NCBI GenBank assembly: GCA_018821245.1
Contig: JAHJMO010000002.1
Location: 9,231-73,230 of the forward strand
Source of the DNA: Patescibacteria group bacterium
Lineage (GTDB): Bacteria; Patescibacteriota; Microgenomatia; UBA10105; UBA927
Direction of reading: 5' to 3'
DNA length: 64,000 nucleotides
Made by a program: the position numbers and the translations under genes. Every line of letters starts with the position of its first letter. The stretch's first letter is position 1. Under the pieces are notes generated by a model. It did no database searches, was not told the origin of the DNA, and saw nothing but the letters and a program-made list of their open reading frames with translations. Positions 8,932 through 18,060 of the stretch are shown in pieces.

Positions 8932-9291
8932 ATGTCCAAGAGGACACTTGTTGCGGAGAATGGCGTTTTAACGTTCTATGGAAAAACTAAATTTTCTTGG
9001 GGAGAATTACTTATTATTGGAGTGACAAAAAAATTCAGTATTGGCGTTGATACGATAGTTCCTCATAAGGAAACCGACAAAGAAGGTACGTATTTAAAAA
9101 AAGGTCGTGTGATGTATTTTGTAATCAAAGGAAGAGGACTATGTGGAGACAAACCAATTAAAAGTGGCGATATCCTGCAGATTAAAGAGGGGCAAAAGAT
9201 AAACATACAAAATAATTCTTCAAAAAAATTAATAATCATAACAATCTATATGCCTCCGTATAACGAAGATAATATTGGATATGAAACATAG
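8932..9291 (+). CDS. Cupin-domain protein
   Basis: MYFVIKGRG...IKSGDILQIKEGQK.NIQN...IYMPPY cupin pattern. Confidence 0.7.
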   Translation: MSKRTLVAENGVLTFYGKTKFSWGELLIIGVTKKFSIGVDTIVPHKETDKEGTYLKKGRVMYFVIKGRGLCGDKPIKSGDILQIKEGQKINIQNNSSKKLIIITIYMPPYNEDNIGYET

Positions 9292-9982
9292 CGCAAGACA
9301 GGCAACAAGAATTTACCATACACAACTGTATACTGATAAGAAATTATTTCGGAAAGGCGCGTCGTGGTTAGATAAGCCAGAAAAATAAATTCTTTCAGTT
9401 ATTAAGAATAATTTTCTTGGCAAAAAGAACATTAAAGTTTTGGATTTGGGTTCTGGGGTGGGAAGAAACGCAATTCCTATAGCTCAAATGATTGGGAAAT
9501 CAGGTGGAGAAATTATTTGCGTGGATTATCTTGATGTCGCAATTGATAAACTACATGAATATATAGAACTATACAATGTAAGTAAATATATAACAGGCAT
9601 TTTTTCTTCACTTGAAGATTTTGTTATAAACCCAGATGATTACGATTTCATCATCGCCCATAGTGTTTTAACTCACATGGAGAATAAAGAGAAAATGATT
9701 CAAACAATGAAAGATATGGCAAAGGTCACAAAGAAAAACGGTTTTGTGTATATGTATGTAATTACTAATCACAGAGAATTTGATAGAAAGACAGGAAAAG
9801 AACAGAAACTTGAAGATGAGGTAGAGATTGGCTTTGACGAAGCATGTTCATTTCTCAAGAATATTTATAGTGGATGGACAATACTGGCATTAAAGAAACA
9901 TCCGTATGAGGAAACGTTTAACAGACGAGGCAAAGAAATACGTTGGAATGTTGACTATTTGTTATTTATAGCAAAAAAATAA
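9281..9982 (+). pseudogene. Class I SAM methyltransferase with an in-frame TAA
   Basis: ATG 9281 is in frame with VLDLGSGVGRN; single TAA at 9386-9388. Confidence 0.7.
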
Positions 9983-9994
9983 CAATAATAATCT

Positions 9995-10014
9995 CTAGAC
10001 CGGCCAGCTCAGCT
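9995..10014 (+). repeat. 20-bp cassette-junction motif, copy 1
   Basis: ctagaccggccagctcagct. Confidence 0.85.
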
Positions 10015-10018
10015 AAAT

Positions 10019-10516
10019 ATGTCAACAGAAATTCATCAAGATATAAACAAAGCAATACTTATTGTGCGTGATGCAGGGAGATGGCTAAAAGAGAGTGGAA
10101 AAAATCCTTCTAAATGGTGGTTATTAAAAAACCTCAATAAAAAATTTCTTTTAAAGTATGCAAAACCTGAAGAATTTTATGTAGCTTTAGTTGATAACAA
10201 ACCTGCAGCTGCAGCCGTACTTCAGTTTAGTCAAAAAGCTCAAGATTGGAAAAGTATTGATAAAGATAAACTCAAATCCGTTCTTTATATCCATTGGCTT
10301 TGTGTTCACAGAAAATTTGCAGGAAAAGGTTTTCCGAAAATAATGGTTGATTTTGCAGAAAAGTTAGCCAAAGAAAAAAACGTTAAACTTTTACGAGCCG
10401 ACACTAACGCAAAAGAGATGAAATTGAGAAAAATCTACGAGGATTTAGGGTTTAATTTTGTCGGCGTTGAGCAAGAAAATTATCGCCATACAGCCTTTTT
10501 TCAAAAAAAGATATAA
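10019..10516 (+). CDS. GNAT-family N-acetyltransferase
   Basis: LYIHWLCVHRKFAGKGF...LRADT...KLRKIYEDLGF. Confidence 0.9.
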   Translation: MSTEIHQDINKAILIVRDAGRWLKESGKNPSKWWLLKNLNKKFLLKYAKPEEFYVALVDNKPAAAAVLQFSQKAQDWKSIDKDKLKSVLYIHWLCVHRKFAGKGFPKIMVDFAEKLAKEKNVKLLRADTNAKEMKLRKIYEDLGFNFVGVEQENYRHTAFFQKKI

Positions 10517-10521
10517 TTGCC

Positions 10522-10639
10522 CTGGATCGGTCAGCTCAGATCCTGAAAAAAGACATCTTAGCTCTCAGCCAAAGGTAGATTTCAACAGCTTTGGAGGAAC
10601 CCATCCGTATGTGTCTAGCTAGCACACACCGGGTGTGTG
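10522..10639 (+). repeat. ~120-bp module A: junction motif copy 2 plus terminal CACACACCGGGTGTGTG hairpin
   Basis: Starts ctggatcggtcagctcagat; last 38 bp identical to 11900-11937. Confidence 0.85.
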
Positions 10640-10650
10640 AATTATATATT

Positions 10651-11274
10651 ATGTTCAAAAATAAATTATTTTTGATTATTGAAACCGGTTATTTGTTTAT
10701 TTTCCCTTTGATTTTGCTGCGCTTTTATCCAACCTTCATTCACTACCGCATTTATGTATTGATGGGCAGTCTCATTTATATTTTTATTGTGGTTTATTCT
10801 CAGAAAATTACCAGTAAAAATCTCGGGCTTAATCCGAGCAGATTCTTTCCGGCAACCAAAGCGCTTTTTATACCTACTGTGCTTAGTATGTTACTGACTT
10901 TTGTTTTCTTTCAACTCGCAAGAAAGTGGTTAATAATTCCTGTGCTTGTTGAAGAAATTCGAACTCCTTCTATAGCCGTTTCTGTTTTAACTTATATTTT
11001 TGTTTCGGCTCCACTGCAAGAATTTGTGTATCGCGGCTACTTAGTTTCCAGACTGGAAATCGTTTCTCGTAATGCAACTTTTATAAAACTTTATAGCGCA
11101 ATAATCTTCATGGTAATTCACACGCCGTTTTACAATTGGTTTTTACCATTGGGTTCGCTAATTTTAGGCTTGCTCTGGACTGGTAATTTCCTTACATATA
11201 GAAACGTTTATGCCTTAATGCTGAGCCATACTCTAATCGGAGCCACGTATATTATTCTGATGGGTATGAGTTAA
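10651..11274 (+). CDS. CPBP/Abi (CAAX protease-like) membrane protein
   Basis: APLQEFVYRGYL, IFMVIH and LSH motifs in a multi-pass membrane protein. Confidence 0.85.
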   Translation: MFKNKLFLIIETGYLFIFPLILLRFYPTFIHYRIYVLMGSLIYIFIVVYSQKITSKNLGLNPSRFFPATKALFIPTVLSMLLTFVFFQLARKWLIIPVLVEEIRTPSIAVSVLTYIFVSAPLQEFVYRGYLVSRLEIVSRNATFIKLYSAIIFMVIHTPFYNWFLPLGSLILGLLWTGNFLTYRNVYALMLSHTLIGATYIILMGMS

Positions 11275-11282
11275 AAAAGGTC

Positions 11283-11302
11283 CCAGACCGGCCCGCTCAG
11301 CT
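11283..11302 (+). repeat. 20-bp cassette-junction motif, copy 3
   Basis: ccagaccggcccgctcagct. Confidence 0.85.
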
Positions 11303-11328
11303 CAGGCCCTGACGGGCAGGGGTCTTTG

Positions 11329-11395
11329 GTATCCTGGTTCACTGCCCGTCGGCTTTACCGAAGGCAATGCAGGTAGGGAATCCAGGCTGGGCAGC
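11329..11395 (+). pseudogene. tRNA-Gln-like 3' half with an insertion in the T loop
   Basis: tat-CCTGG-TTC[37 nt]GAAT-CCAGG-CTGGGCA-GC. Confidence 0.55.
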
Positions 11396-11403
11396 AAATA
11401 ATT

Positions 11404-11817
11404 ATGAATACACAAAAAATAACAGCTAAGTTAAAATCATTTTATCCTGGCAGGAAAGTTATAGTTACTGATCCCCTGAATCCGACTGAAATTATTTGTG
11501 AAGTCGAACTAACAGAAGAACATCCGAAGTGGAGTGTTGCTGTTGCGGTCATCGATTCTACTCGTTTACATTACCATAAGCGGTTAACAGAGATATATCA
11601 TATTATGAGTGGTAAATTGAACATGTATCTTAATGGCCAACTGCACCAGCTACAACAAGGCGATATTATAAAAATTCCTCCAAACACACGTCACTATTCC
11701 ATTGGTAATGAAACTATCGTGTATGTCTATGCAACACCTGGTTGGGCGCCTGAGGATCATGTCTTGGTGATTGATAAAAAGGAAATATCCAGAAAGAAAT
11801 ACGACAAGAGGTTCTAG
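11404..11817 (+). CDS. Cupin-domain protein
   Basis: HYHKRLTEIYHIMSG...GDIIKIPPNTRH. Confidence 0.9.
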   Translation: MNTQKITAKLKSFYPGRKVIVTDPLNPTEIICEVELTEEHPKWSVAVAVIDSTRLHYHKRLTEIYHIMSGKLNMYLNGQLHQLQQGDIIKIPPNTRHYSIGNETIVYVYATPGWAPEDHVLVIDKKEISRKKYDKRF

Positions 11818-11938
11818 ACCGGCCTGCTCAGATCAGGACCCAGGAAGAATTTTCCGGTTCACGGCCAAAGGCTGATTCTCGACAGTTGTGAAGAGCTTTC
11901 ATCCGTATGTGTCTAGCTAGCACACACCGGGTGTGTGC
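11814..11938 (+). repeat. ~120-bp module B: junction motif copy 4 plus terminal hairpin
   Basis: ctagaccggcctgctcagat ... gccaaagg ... catccgtatgtgtctagctagcacacaccgggtgtgtgc. Confidence 0.85.
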
Positions 11939-12121
11939 AAACAAATTCTCTGCAGTATGAAGCGCAAAGGAGAACCGGTACAGAAGAGAGCGGAACTGAA
12001 GATGGGTAATCCCGATGACGGATAGGAATAGGTCTGGATGTTTGGTAAGATAGTCTAGGTTCATAGGGCAGGACACCTCCTGCCTCTAGTGTAGTATCAA
12101 AAGCTATTTCACTACAACTCT
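11939..12121 (-). mobile_element. Probable IS remnant: N-terminal fragment of an IS5/IS4-like DDE transposase
   Basis: SD GGAGG, then ATG 12064 MNLDYLTKHPDLFLSVIGITHLQFRSLL, which resembles ISL2-group N-termini; cut at the hairpin. Confidence 0.45.
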
Positions 12122-12153
12122 ATTTACATACACTTTACTGGGATAGTTTATAC

Positions 12154-12879
12154 ATGAAACAGATTGAATTTTTGGTCAATAATCGAATACTTAAAGGAAC
12201 GCTCTTCTCCTCTCACAACATCAAAGCAAAAAATCCCGCAATTCTCTTTATTCATGGATGGACGAGTGAAAGAGCAAGAAGTTATCAATATGCAAATGCA
12301 CTTACAAAACTTGGCTACATTTCTTTTTTGTTTGATATGAGGGGGCACGGCGAAAGCGAGGGCGATATAAATAGCTATACACCGAAAGAATTCTTTGCTG
12401 ATGTTCTAGCGGCTTATGATTATTTAGCCAAGGTTGAAAATGTAGATAAGGAGAATATCAGTGTTGTGGGCAGCAGCTTTGGATCATATCTCGCAGCGCT
12501 CCTAACCACTAAAAGGAATGTTAAGCGTTTAGCTCTCAGGGTTCCAGCTGATTACCCAAACGAGAATTTTAATAAATCTAAAATACAATCCAGTGGAAGC
12601 AGTAATCCCAAACTGGTATTATGGCGTAAACAAATAAAGAAATCACCGGAAACATTTGCGCTTGAGGCGATTGCTAGTTTTGACGGAGAAATTCTGATAA
12701 TTGAATCGGGGAAAGACAACTCTGTTCCTCACCAAACAATCCAAAATTACATAAACGCAATAAATGACAAAAATAAATTAACTCATATCGTAATGAAAAA
12801 CGCACCGCACAGCATAAAAGAAGGTCCGTTCAGAGACGAGGTAGAAAAAATTTTGGTAGATTGGTTTAAAAAAGGATAG
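12154..12879 (+). CDS. Alpha/beta hydrolase
   Basis: FIHGW, FDMRGHGES, GSSFG nucleophile, D and H triad residues. Confidence 0.9.
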   Translation: MKQIEFLVNNRILKGTLFSSHNIKAKNPAILFIHGWTSERARSYQYANALTKLGYISFLFDMRGHGESEGDINSYTPKEFFADVLAAYDYLAKVENVDKENISVVGSSFGSYLAALLTTKRNVKRLALRVPADYPNENFNKSKIQSSGSSNPKLVLWRKQIKKSPETFALEAIASFDGEILIIESGKDNSVPHQTIQNYINAINDKNKLTHIVMKNAPHSIKEGPFRDEVEKILVDWFKKG

Positions 12880-12881
12880 CT

Positions 12882-12900
12882 GCACACGCCGGGTGTGTGC
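12882..12900. repeat. Hairpin GCACACGCCGGGTGTGTGC (third copy of the module end)
   Basis: Directly after the hydrolase stop codon. Confidence 0.8.
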
Positions 12901-12911
12901 GTTGCATCGCA

Positions 12912-13358
12912 TTAATGGAAGTACTTCTTGATCTTCTCCAGATCTCCGTTGATAAAAATCGGCAGGAGGCCGTAGATTTCTTCTTTGTGAACTAATTCTT
13001 CTGAAATGGGCCGATAGATAAAAATCGGTTTTTTGAGAAAAAAAGCTAAACCCATTTCCATGAGAGTATTTCCTCCGATATATCCTTTCATCCCTTTTTT
13101 CTCCAGATTTACAACCAAAATTGCATCCGCTTGAGTAATCTTGCGGAAATGACCGCGAATGAGGTCTGCCTTTTTGGAATAATCTCCGGGATTACTCCAC
13201 CAGGTTTTGTAGTGAGACACCTGATAATCTCCTTTCTTGCGCATTATGTCTGCGGTTTGGGGAAGCAAAACTTTGAACCCTAACTTGCGCAATCGGTCTC
13301 CAATCTCGACAACCTCCTTAAAATGTACCGCGCTGGAACAAACGGCGATAGATTTCAT
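12912..13358 (-). CDS. Nucleoside 2-deoxyribosyltransferase-like protein
   Basis: HFRKITQADAILVVN...GYIGGNTLMEMGLAFFLKKPIF. Confidence 0.7.
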   Translation of the reverse strand: MKSIAVCSSAVHFKEVVEIGDRLRKLGFKVLLPQTADIMRKKGDYQVSHYKTWWSNPGDYSKKADLIRGHFRKITQADAILVVNLEKKGMKGYIGGNTLMEMGLAFFLKKPIFIYRPISEELVHKEEIYGLLPIFINGDLEKIKKYFH

Positions 13359-13388
13359 GGTATAACTATTTCATGGGGAGTCCAATCA

Positions 13389-13796
13389 TTAGAGGCTGTT
13401 AAGATCGGCATTTATATCTTTAAAATCCGCTTCGTCTGTCGTAAGTTGTGTGCCTTCGAGGTCCTTGGTGATATCAACAGTTGTATCCGTTTGCGTCAGA
13501 GTCGGTGTGGGCTGGACCGGTATCCCGCCAGTCCCGAAGCCTTCGTTTGGCTGGGAAACTTCTGTACGGATCTCGGGAGTGGTGCCCTCTGGGAGTTCCG
13601 TAGACGGCCGTTTCAGCATGAAAAAATAATACGCACCTGCACCAGCCAGGAGGACAACAATCAAAAATACGATCACCCAAAGCAACCCTGATGAATGTTT
13701 GACCCGGGGAGGAGGAACAACCATATCAGAAGCTTGCTGATCTTGCGATGCAACGGGTTGTTCTATTGGCGGTTGTTGGACAAGTTGATCTGCCAT
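13389..13796 (-). CDS. Hypothetical single-pass membrane protein
   Basis: One hydrophobic helix, Pro/Thr-rich tail, coupled to the upstream gene. Confidence 0.75.
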   Translation of the reverse strand: MADQLVQQPPIEQPVASQDQQASDMVVPPPRVKHSSGLLWVIVFLIVVLLAGAGAYYFFMLKRPSTELPEGTTPEIRTEVSQPNEGFGTGGIPVQPTPTLTQTDTTVDITKDLEGTQLTTDEADFKDINADLNSL

Positions 13797-13798
13797 AA

Positions 13799-14557
13799 TT
13801 ATTGCGACGCGGCAGCCGAGGCTGCTGACGTTACCGTAGAAACTTCATCTATTCCCTGTATGGATTTGAGCTGCCCAAACACCTTTTGGACTGCCGTCTG
13901 TGCCGTTTTAAGGCTTGCCCTCACAGCACCCAGATCTTCCTGAAGCTTCTTGACGGTCGCACCAACTTCTGTCTTTGCTGTCGTATCATCTGTTACCACA
14001 AGTTGATATCCTTTTGCTTTCTGCGCATCGACCATAGCCTGCGAGGAGGCTATTGCAATTCGAGCTTCTGTAATCGCTGTCTCTATGGAGGAAACATTTT
14101 TCCCCGCGGCTTTTGCTTTCTCGGTACGGGACTCTATTTTATCCAGAACGGTAGAAAGCCGCTCGAGAAATTTAGTAAAATGCTCCGTCCTGGCGGTATT
14201 GATCGCCGAAAGTCTCTCTTGAATCCGCACGGCAATCTGTTTCTTTTTCCCGTCCTTCATATCCTTAATCCTGGCCTGGATGGCGACCTTTTTCTCCGCA
14301 GCTTTATTTTGCATCTCCTGTTTCTTTACCTCCCTTACTTCTTTCAATTCCTGCCAGCGCTGTTTTACTTCTGCTTTTGTCTCTTCTCGATTCTGAAGAG
14401 CAGCTTCTTTGGTTGCCTGAATACTATTCCTGACCGCCTCGTCCGCTTGCGATCCAACTTTCTGGTTGCCCATGGCGTTAGGCGCCGAGAAAACGACCGG
14501 GGCAAAAACCAACAATGCTGAAACAAAAACTACGCCGATAATAACTTTTCTTATCAT
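13799..14557 (-). CDS. Secreted coiled-coil hypothetical protein
   Basis: Signal peptide MIRKVIIGVVFVSALLVFAPVVFS, then a Lys/Glu/Ala-rich helical body. Confidence 0.75.
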   Translation of the reverse strand: MIRKVIIGVVFVSALLVFAPVVFSAPNAMGNQKVGSQADEAVRNSIQATKEAALQNREETKAEVKQRWQELKEVREVKKQEMQNKAAEKKVAIQARIKDMKDGKKKQIAVRIQERLSAINTARTEHFTKFLERLSTVLDKIESRTEKAKAAGKNVSSIETAITEARIAIASSQAMVDAQKAKGYQLVVTDDTTAKTEVGATVKKLQEDLGAVRASLKTAQTAVQKVFGQLKSIQGIDEVSTVTSAASAAASQ

Positions 14558-14626
14558 TAAAACCATAATGGCATGCCGCAAACTTTCTGTCAATAACATA
14601 CCTCAGTATGTGATACAATCCATAGC

Positions 14627-15502
14627 ATGCAGGACATACAAAAAAAAGCGGGTGTTGCGGCGCTTATCGGCCGTCCGAATACAGGAAAATCAACGCTTCT
14701 TAATAACATCCTGAAACAGAAGGTGTCCATCACATCCCCCAAGCCGCAGACTACGCGGTTCTCGATACGTGCCGTCTATGAAGAAGAGCGCGGACAGATC
14801 GTATTTGTCGACACACCGGGAATTTTTGCAAAAGCAGTAGATCCGCTCGCCCGGCACATCAACCGACAAGCACATAACGCACTCTCTCAAGATTTAGACG
14901 TACTTCTTTACGTCATCGATCACACGCGTCGGCGCGACTTTGAAGAAAATAAGACCCTTGGACACGTACGGAAAATCAGCTCCCCGAAAATACTCGTCAT
15001 CAATAAAATCGATGTACGGAGCCCAAGCTACATCGTCGAATATAAATTCATGGAAGAAGAATTCGACCATGTCGTAGAAATTTCCGCTCTCACCGGAAAA
15101 AATATCCCCACGCTTCTGGATACAATATTTTCGTTCCTGCCCAAACAGGCACCAATCGTAGACACTTCTACCATGACCCAACCGGCGCTTAATCTCGACA
15201 GTAAAACATTTATCGCAGAGATTATCCGCGAAAAAGCGTTTCTTTTCCTTCGCAGAGAAGTCCCATATCGTTTAACGACTACGATTGATAAGCTCATCGA
15301 ACGCGATAATGGCACGCTTTATATCAAAGCACGGATCCTGACCAACGACGACCGTTATAAAGCAATGATCGTGGGGAAGAAAGGCGCGATGATAAAGGAA
15401 ATCAGCATGGCCGCACGCAAGGAACTGGAAACAGCAACCAACAAAAAGGTTTATCTGGAGCTAACCGTTGAGACTGATCCGCACTGGATAGAATACCTAT
15501 AA
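14627..15502 (+). CDS. era: GTPase Era
   Basis: GRPNTGKS, PQTTR, DTPG, NKID, KH domain IVGKKG. Confidence 0.97.
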   Translation: MQDIQKKAGVAALIGRPNTGKSTLLNNILKQKVSITSPKPQTTRFSIRAVYEEERGQIVFVDTPGIFAKAVDPLARHINRQAHNALSQDLDVLLYVIDHTRRRDFEENKTLGHVRKISSPKILVINKIDVRSPSYIVEYKFMEEEFDHVVEISALTGKNIPTLLDTIFSFLPKQAPIVDTSTMTQPALNLDSKTFIAEIIREKAFLFLRREVPYRLTTTIDKLIERDNGTLYIKARILTNDDRYKAMIVGKKGAMIKEISMAARKELETATNKKVYLELTVETDPHWIEYL

Positions 15503-15526
15503 TGAAATCCTAAATACTATTAGGAT

Positions 15527-16936
15527 TTAGATTTTCGAATTTAACCGTTCTAGAATTTCTTCTTTCCCGAGAATTTCTAAAGACTCCAGAAGCGGCGGGC
15601 CGACGGTTTTACCTGTTACTGCAATACGAATTTCCATAAATAAATCTCTCGCTTTCAGCTTCGCGGTATCTGCCGCATCACGGATCGATTTCTCCATCGC
15701 ATCATGGTTCCACGCACATGATTCAAGTGCAACCCTCCCCACCTTTAAATGAGCATCCTTTAAAGGTCTCTCAAAAGCTTTCGGGCGTTCGAAGAAAAAC
15801 CCGGCAAGCGACATAAATTCCGCGAGAGTCTTCATACGCTCTTTCACCAGCGGAATAATTTTGTCTACCAATGCGTCATGTTCGCGTGTTAATATGCTAA
15901 GGTGCTGATATATTAATTCCTTTAGTTCTTTGTCGCTTTTGGCGCGGATATATTCGCCATTCATCCAGCGGAGCTTCTCAATATCAAATATCGGAGCGCT
16001 TTTTTGAACAGCTTCGATCGTAAACGACAGAACTGCTTCTTTAACACCAAAAAGGTCTGTTGGCTTTGCTTGTGAAGTGTCTTTCGGCATCGACCATCCT
16101 AACGTCATTAAGTAGTTGACCAAGGCCTCAGGCAATATACCCATCTCGATATACTCGGTAACGCTTGTCGCGCCATGACGCTTACTCAATTTTGTCCTAT
16201 CGGGAGCATACAGAAAAGAAAGATGCGCAAATTGAGGAATAGGATGTCCAAGTGCCTCAGTAAGTAAAAGCTGTCTCGGTGTAAGATTTAAAAAATCTTC
16301 CCCACGAATAACATGTGTGATTTTCATTTCAATATCGTCTACCGTTGCGGCAAAATTAAGGAGCGCGCTCCCGTCGCTTCTGGCGATTACAAAGTCTCCA
16401 AACAACGACGCATCCACATCTATATCCCCTCGAATCATGTCACGGAAGACTATGCGCTTCTGCGGCGTACGGAAACGGACAACAGGCTTTCTCCCTTCGT
16501 TTTGAAACGCCTCCTTTTGTTGCTTTGTCAGGTGACTGCATTTACCGCTATATTTGGTGGGGATCTTTTTCTCTTTTTGTTCTTTCCTTTCTTTTTCCAA
16601 CTCCTCCGGCGTACAAAAACAATAATATGCTTTATCCTGTTTGAGAAGCTGATCGATATATTGCCGATAGCGTCCAATCCGTTCGCTTTGGCGATATGGT
16701 CCGTATGGGCCGCCAATATCAGCGCCTTCATCCCACTTGATCCCTAAAAGTTTCAACCCGCGAAGAATACTATCCTCATATTCCTTTTTTGAACGAAGAG
16801 GATCGGTATCATCGATCCGCAAAATAAATACACCACTGGAGTGTTTTGCAAAAAGATAATTGAATAGTGCAGTATGTGCGGTCCCAACATGAAGATATCC
16901 AGTTGGCGACGGAGCGATGCGGGTGCGGACGTTCAT
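15527..16936 (-). CDS. gltX: Glutamate--tRNA ligase
   Basis: RIAPSPTGYLHVG, KLSKR. Confidence 0.97.
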   Translation of the reverse strand: MNVRTRIAPSPTGYLHVGTAHTALFNYLFAKHSSGVFILRIDDTDPLRSKKEYEDSILRGLKLLGIKWDEGADIGGPYGPYRQSERIGRYRQYIDQLLKQDKAYYCFCTPEELEKERKEQKEKKIPTKYSGKCSHLTKQQKEAFQNEGRKPVVRFRTPQKRIVFRDMIRGDIDVDASLFGDFVIARSDGSALLNFAATVDDIEMKITHVIRGEDFLNLTPRQLLLTEALGHPIPQFAHLSFLYAPDRTKLSKRHGATSVTEYIEMGILPEALVNYLMTLGWSMPKDTSQAKPTDLFGVKEAVLSFTIEAVQKSAPIFDIEKLRWMNGEYIRAKSDKELKELIYQHLSILTREHDALVDKIIPLVKERMKTLAEFMSLAGFFFERPKAFERPLKDAHLKVGRVALESCAWNHDAMEKSIRDAADTAKLKARDLFMEIRIAVTGKTVGPPLLESLEILGKEEILERLNSKI

Positions 16937-16978
16937 AACATTGATTCTAGCATCTAACCACCGTATACTCAAAATAGA

Positions 16979-18034
16979 ATGGCATCATTAACTGAAACCG
17001 CTTACTACACCCGCCGAACGATCAATTGGATCATATTCGCGATGATTGCGTATATAGTTCTTAGGATGTTGTGGGGCGTCGCATCCTCGCTTTGGCTTGC
17101 GGTTTTCCCCCCAAAGCCGCCGCCTCCCACCCACTCATTCGGCAGGCTCCCCGCGCTTGTTTTCCCTTCTCCTCAAGCGTCGCCGTCGGGGCGTCTTACA
17201 TACCGCCTTGAAACAATAGAGGGCACTGTTCCTCCTGCTTCGGAGTCCGCAACGGTATATTTCATGCCGAAATCAGCGGCTAATCTCCTGGCTCTTACAA
17301 AAACCCAAGACTTTGCTCAACGACTCGGATTTTCCCCTACCCCAATACAGGAGACCAAAACGATCTATCGTTTCAACGACGCACAACTTCCGCTTAGAAA
17401 ACTCCGATATGACATAGTTTCGTCTAATTTCATCCAACGGTATTCATTTGAAGACGACACCGCTTTGTTTAACGAAAAAAATCTCCCCCTTCCGAAAACG
17501 GCAGAATCGGAAGCCAAAAGCATGTTGCAGACGTATGACCTGTATCCTCCCGATCTGGCCGGAGGAACGGTAAAGACAATATTTCTTAAGCTTTCCGGAA
17601 ATAGTCTCACTCCTACAAGCAGTCTTTCACAGGCAGATGCGATGCGCCTGGATTTTTTCCGAAAACCGATCGGAGATATGCCGCTCCTCACCCCGGACCC
17701 TGATCAGGCTTCTGTTTCGTTTGTTTTTTCCGGATCAAATGTTTCGGGGAAAAGGATACTTCAGTTTGCGTATACCTATTGGCCTATCGACTACCAAACG
17801 TCTTCTACCTATGCGCTCAAGCCAAGCGCAGAGGCGTGGCAGGAACTTGTGGACGGAGGGGGGTATATAGCCCGATATCCGAACAACGGAACCGATATCA
17901 CGGTGCGCACGGTGTATCTGGCTTATTATGACAGCTTTGAACCGCAGACATACCTGCAGCCGATTTTCGTTTTCGATGGCGATAACGGATATTTGGCTTA
18001 TGTGCAAGGAGTAGCAAGAGAGTGGATGGAGTAA
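16979..18034 (+). CDS. Hypothetical membrane-anchored protein
   Basis: 351-aa ORF with an N-terminal TM helix and C-terminal YLQPIFVF. Confidence 0.75.
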   Translation: MASLTETAYYTRRTINWIIFAMIAYIVLRMLWGVASSLWLAVFPPKPPPPTHSFGRLPALVFPSPQASPSGRLTYRLETIEGTVPPASESATVYFMPKSAANLLALTKTQDFAQRLGFSPTPIQETKTIYRFNDAQLPLRKLRYDIVSSNFIQRYSFEDDTALFNEKNLPLPKTAESEAKSMLQTYDLYPPDLAGGTVKTIFLKLSGNSLTPTSSLSQADAMRLDFFRKPIGDMPLLTPDPDQASVSFVFSGSNVSGKRILQFAYTYWPIDYQTSSTYALKPSAEAWQELVDGGGYIARYPNNGTDITVRTVYLAYYDSFEPQTYLQPIFVFDGDNGYLAYVQGVAREWME

Positions 18035-18060
18035 CAAAACGTTATTAGTTACTTGGTTAC

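Noticed and set aside
8903-12900. Classical integron/CALIN
   Set aside because: No intI in the window, and the junctions lack attC R-box ends and the long bottom-strand hairpin. Kept as a non-classical array instead.
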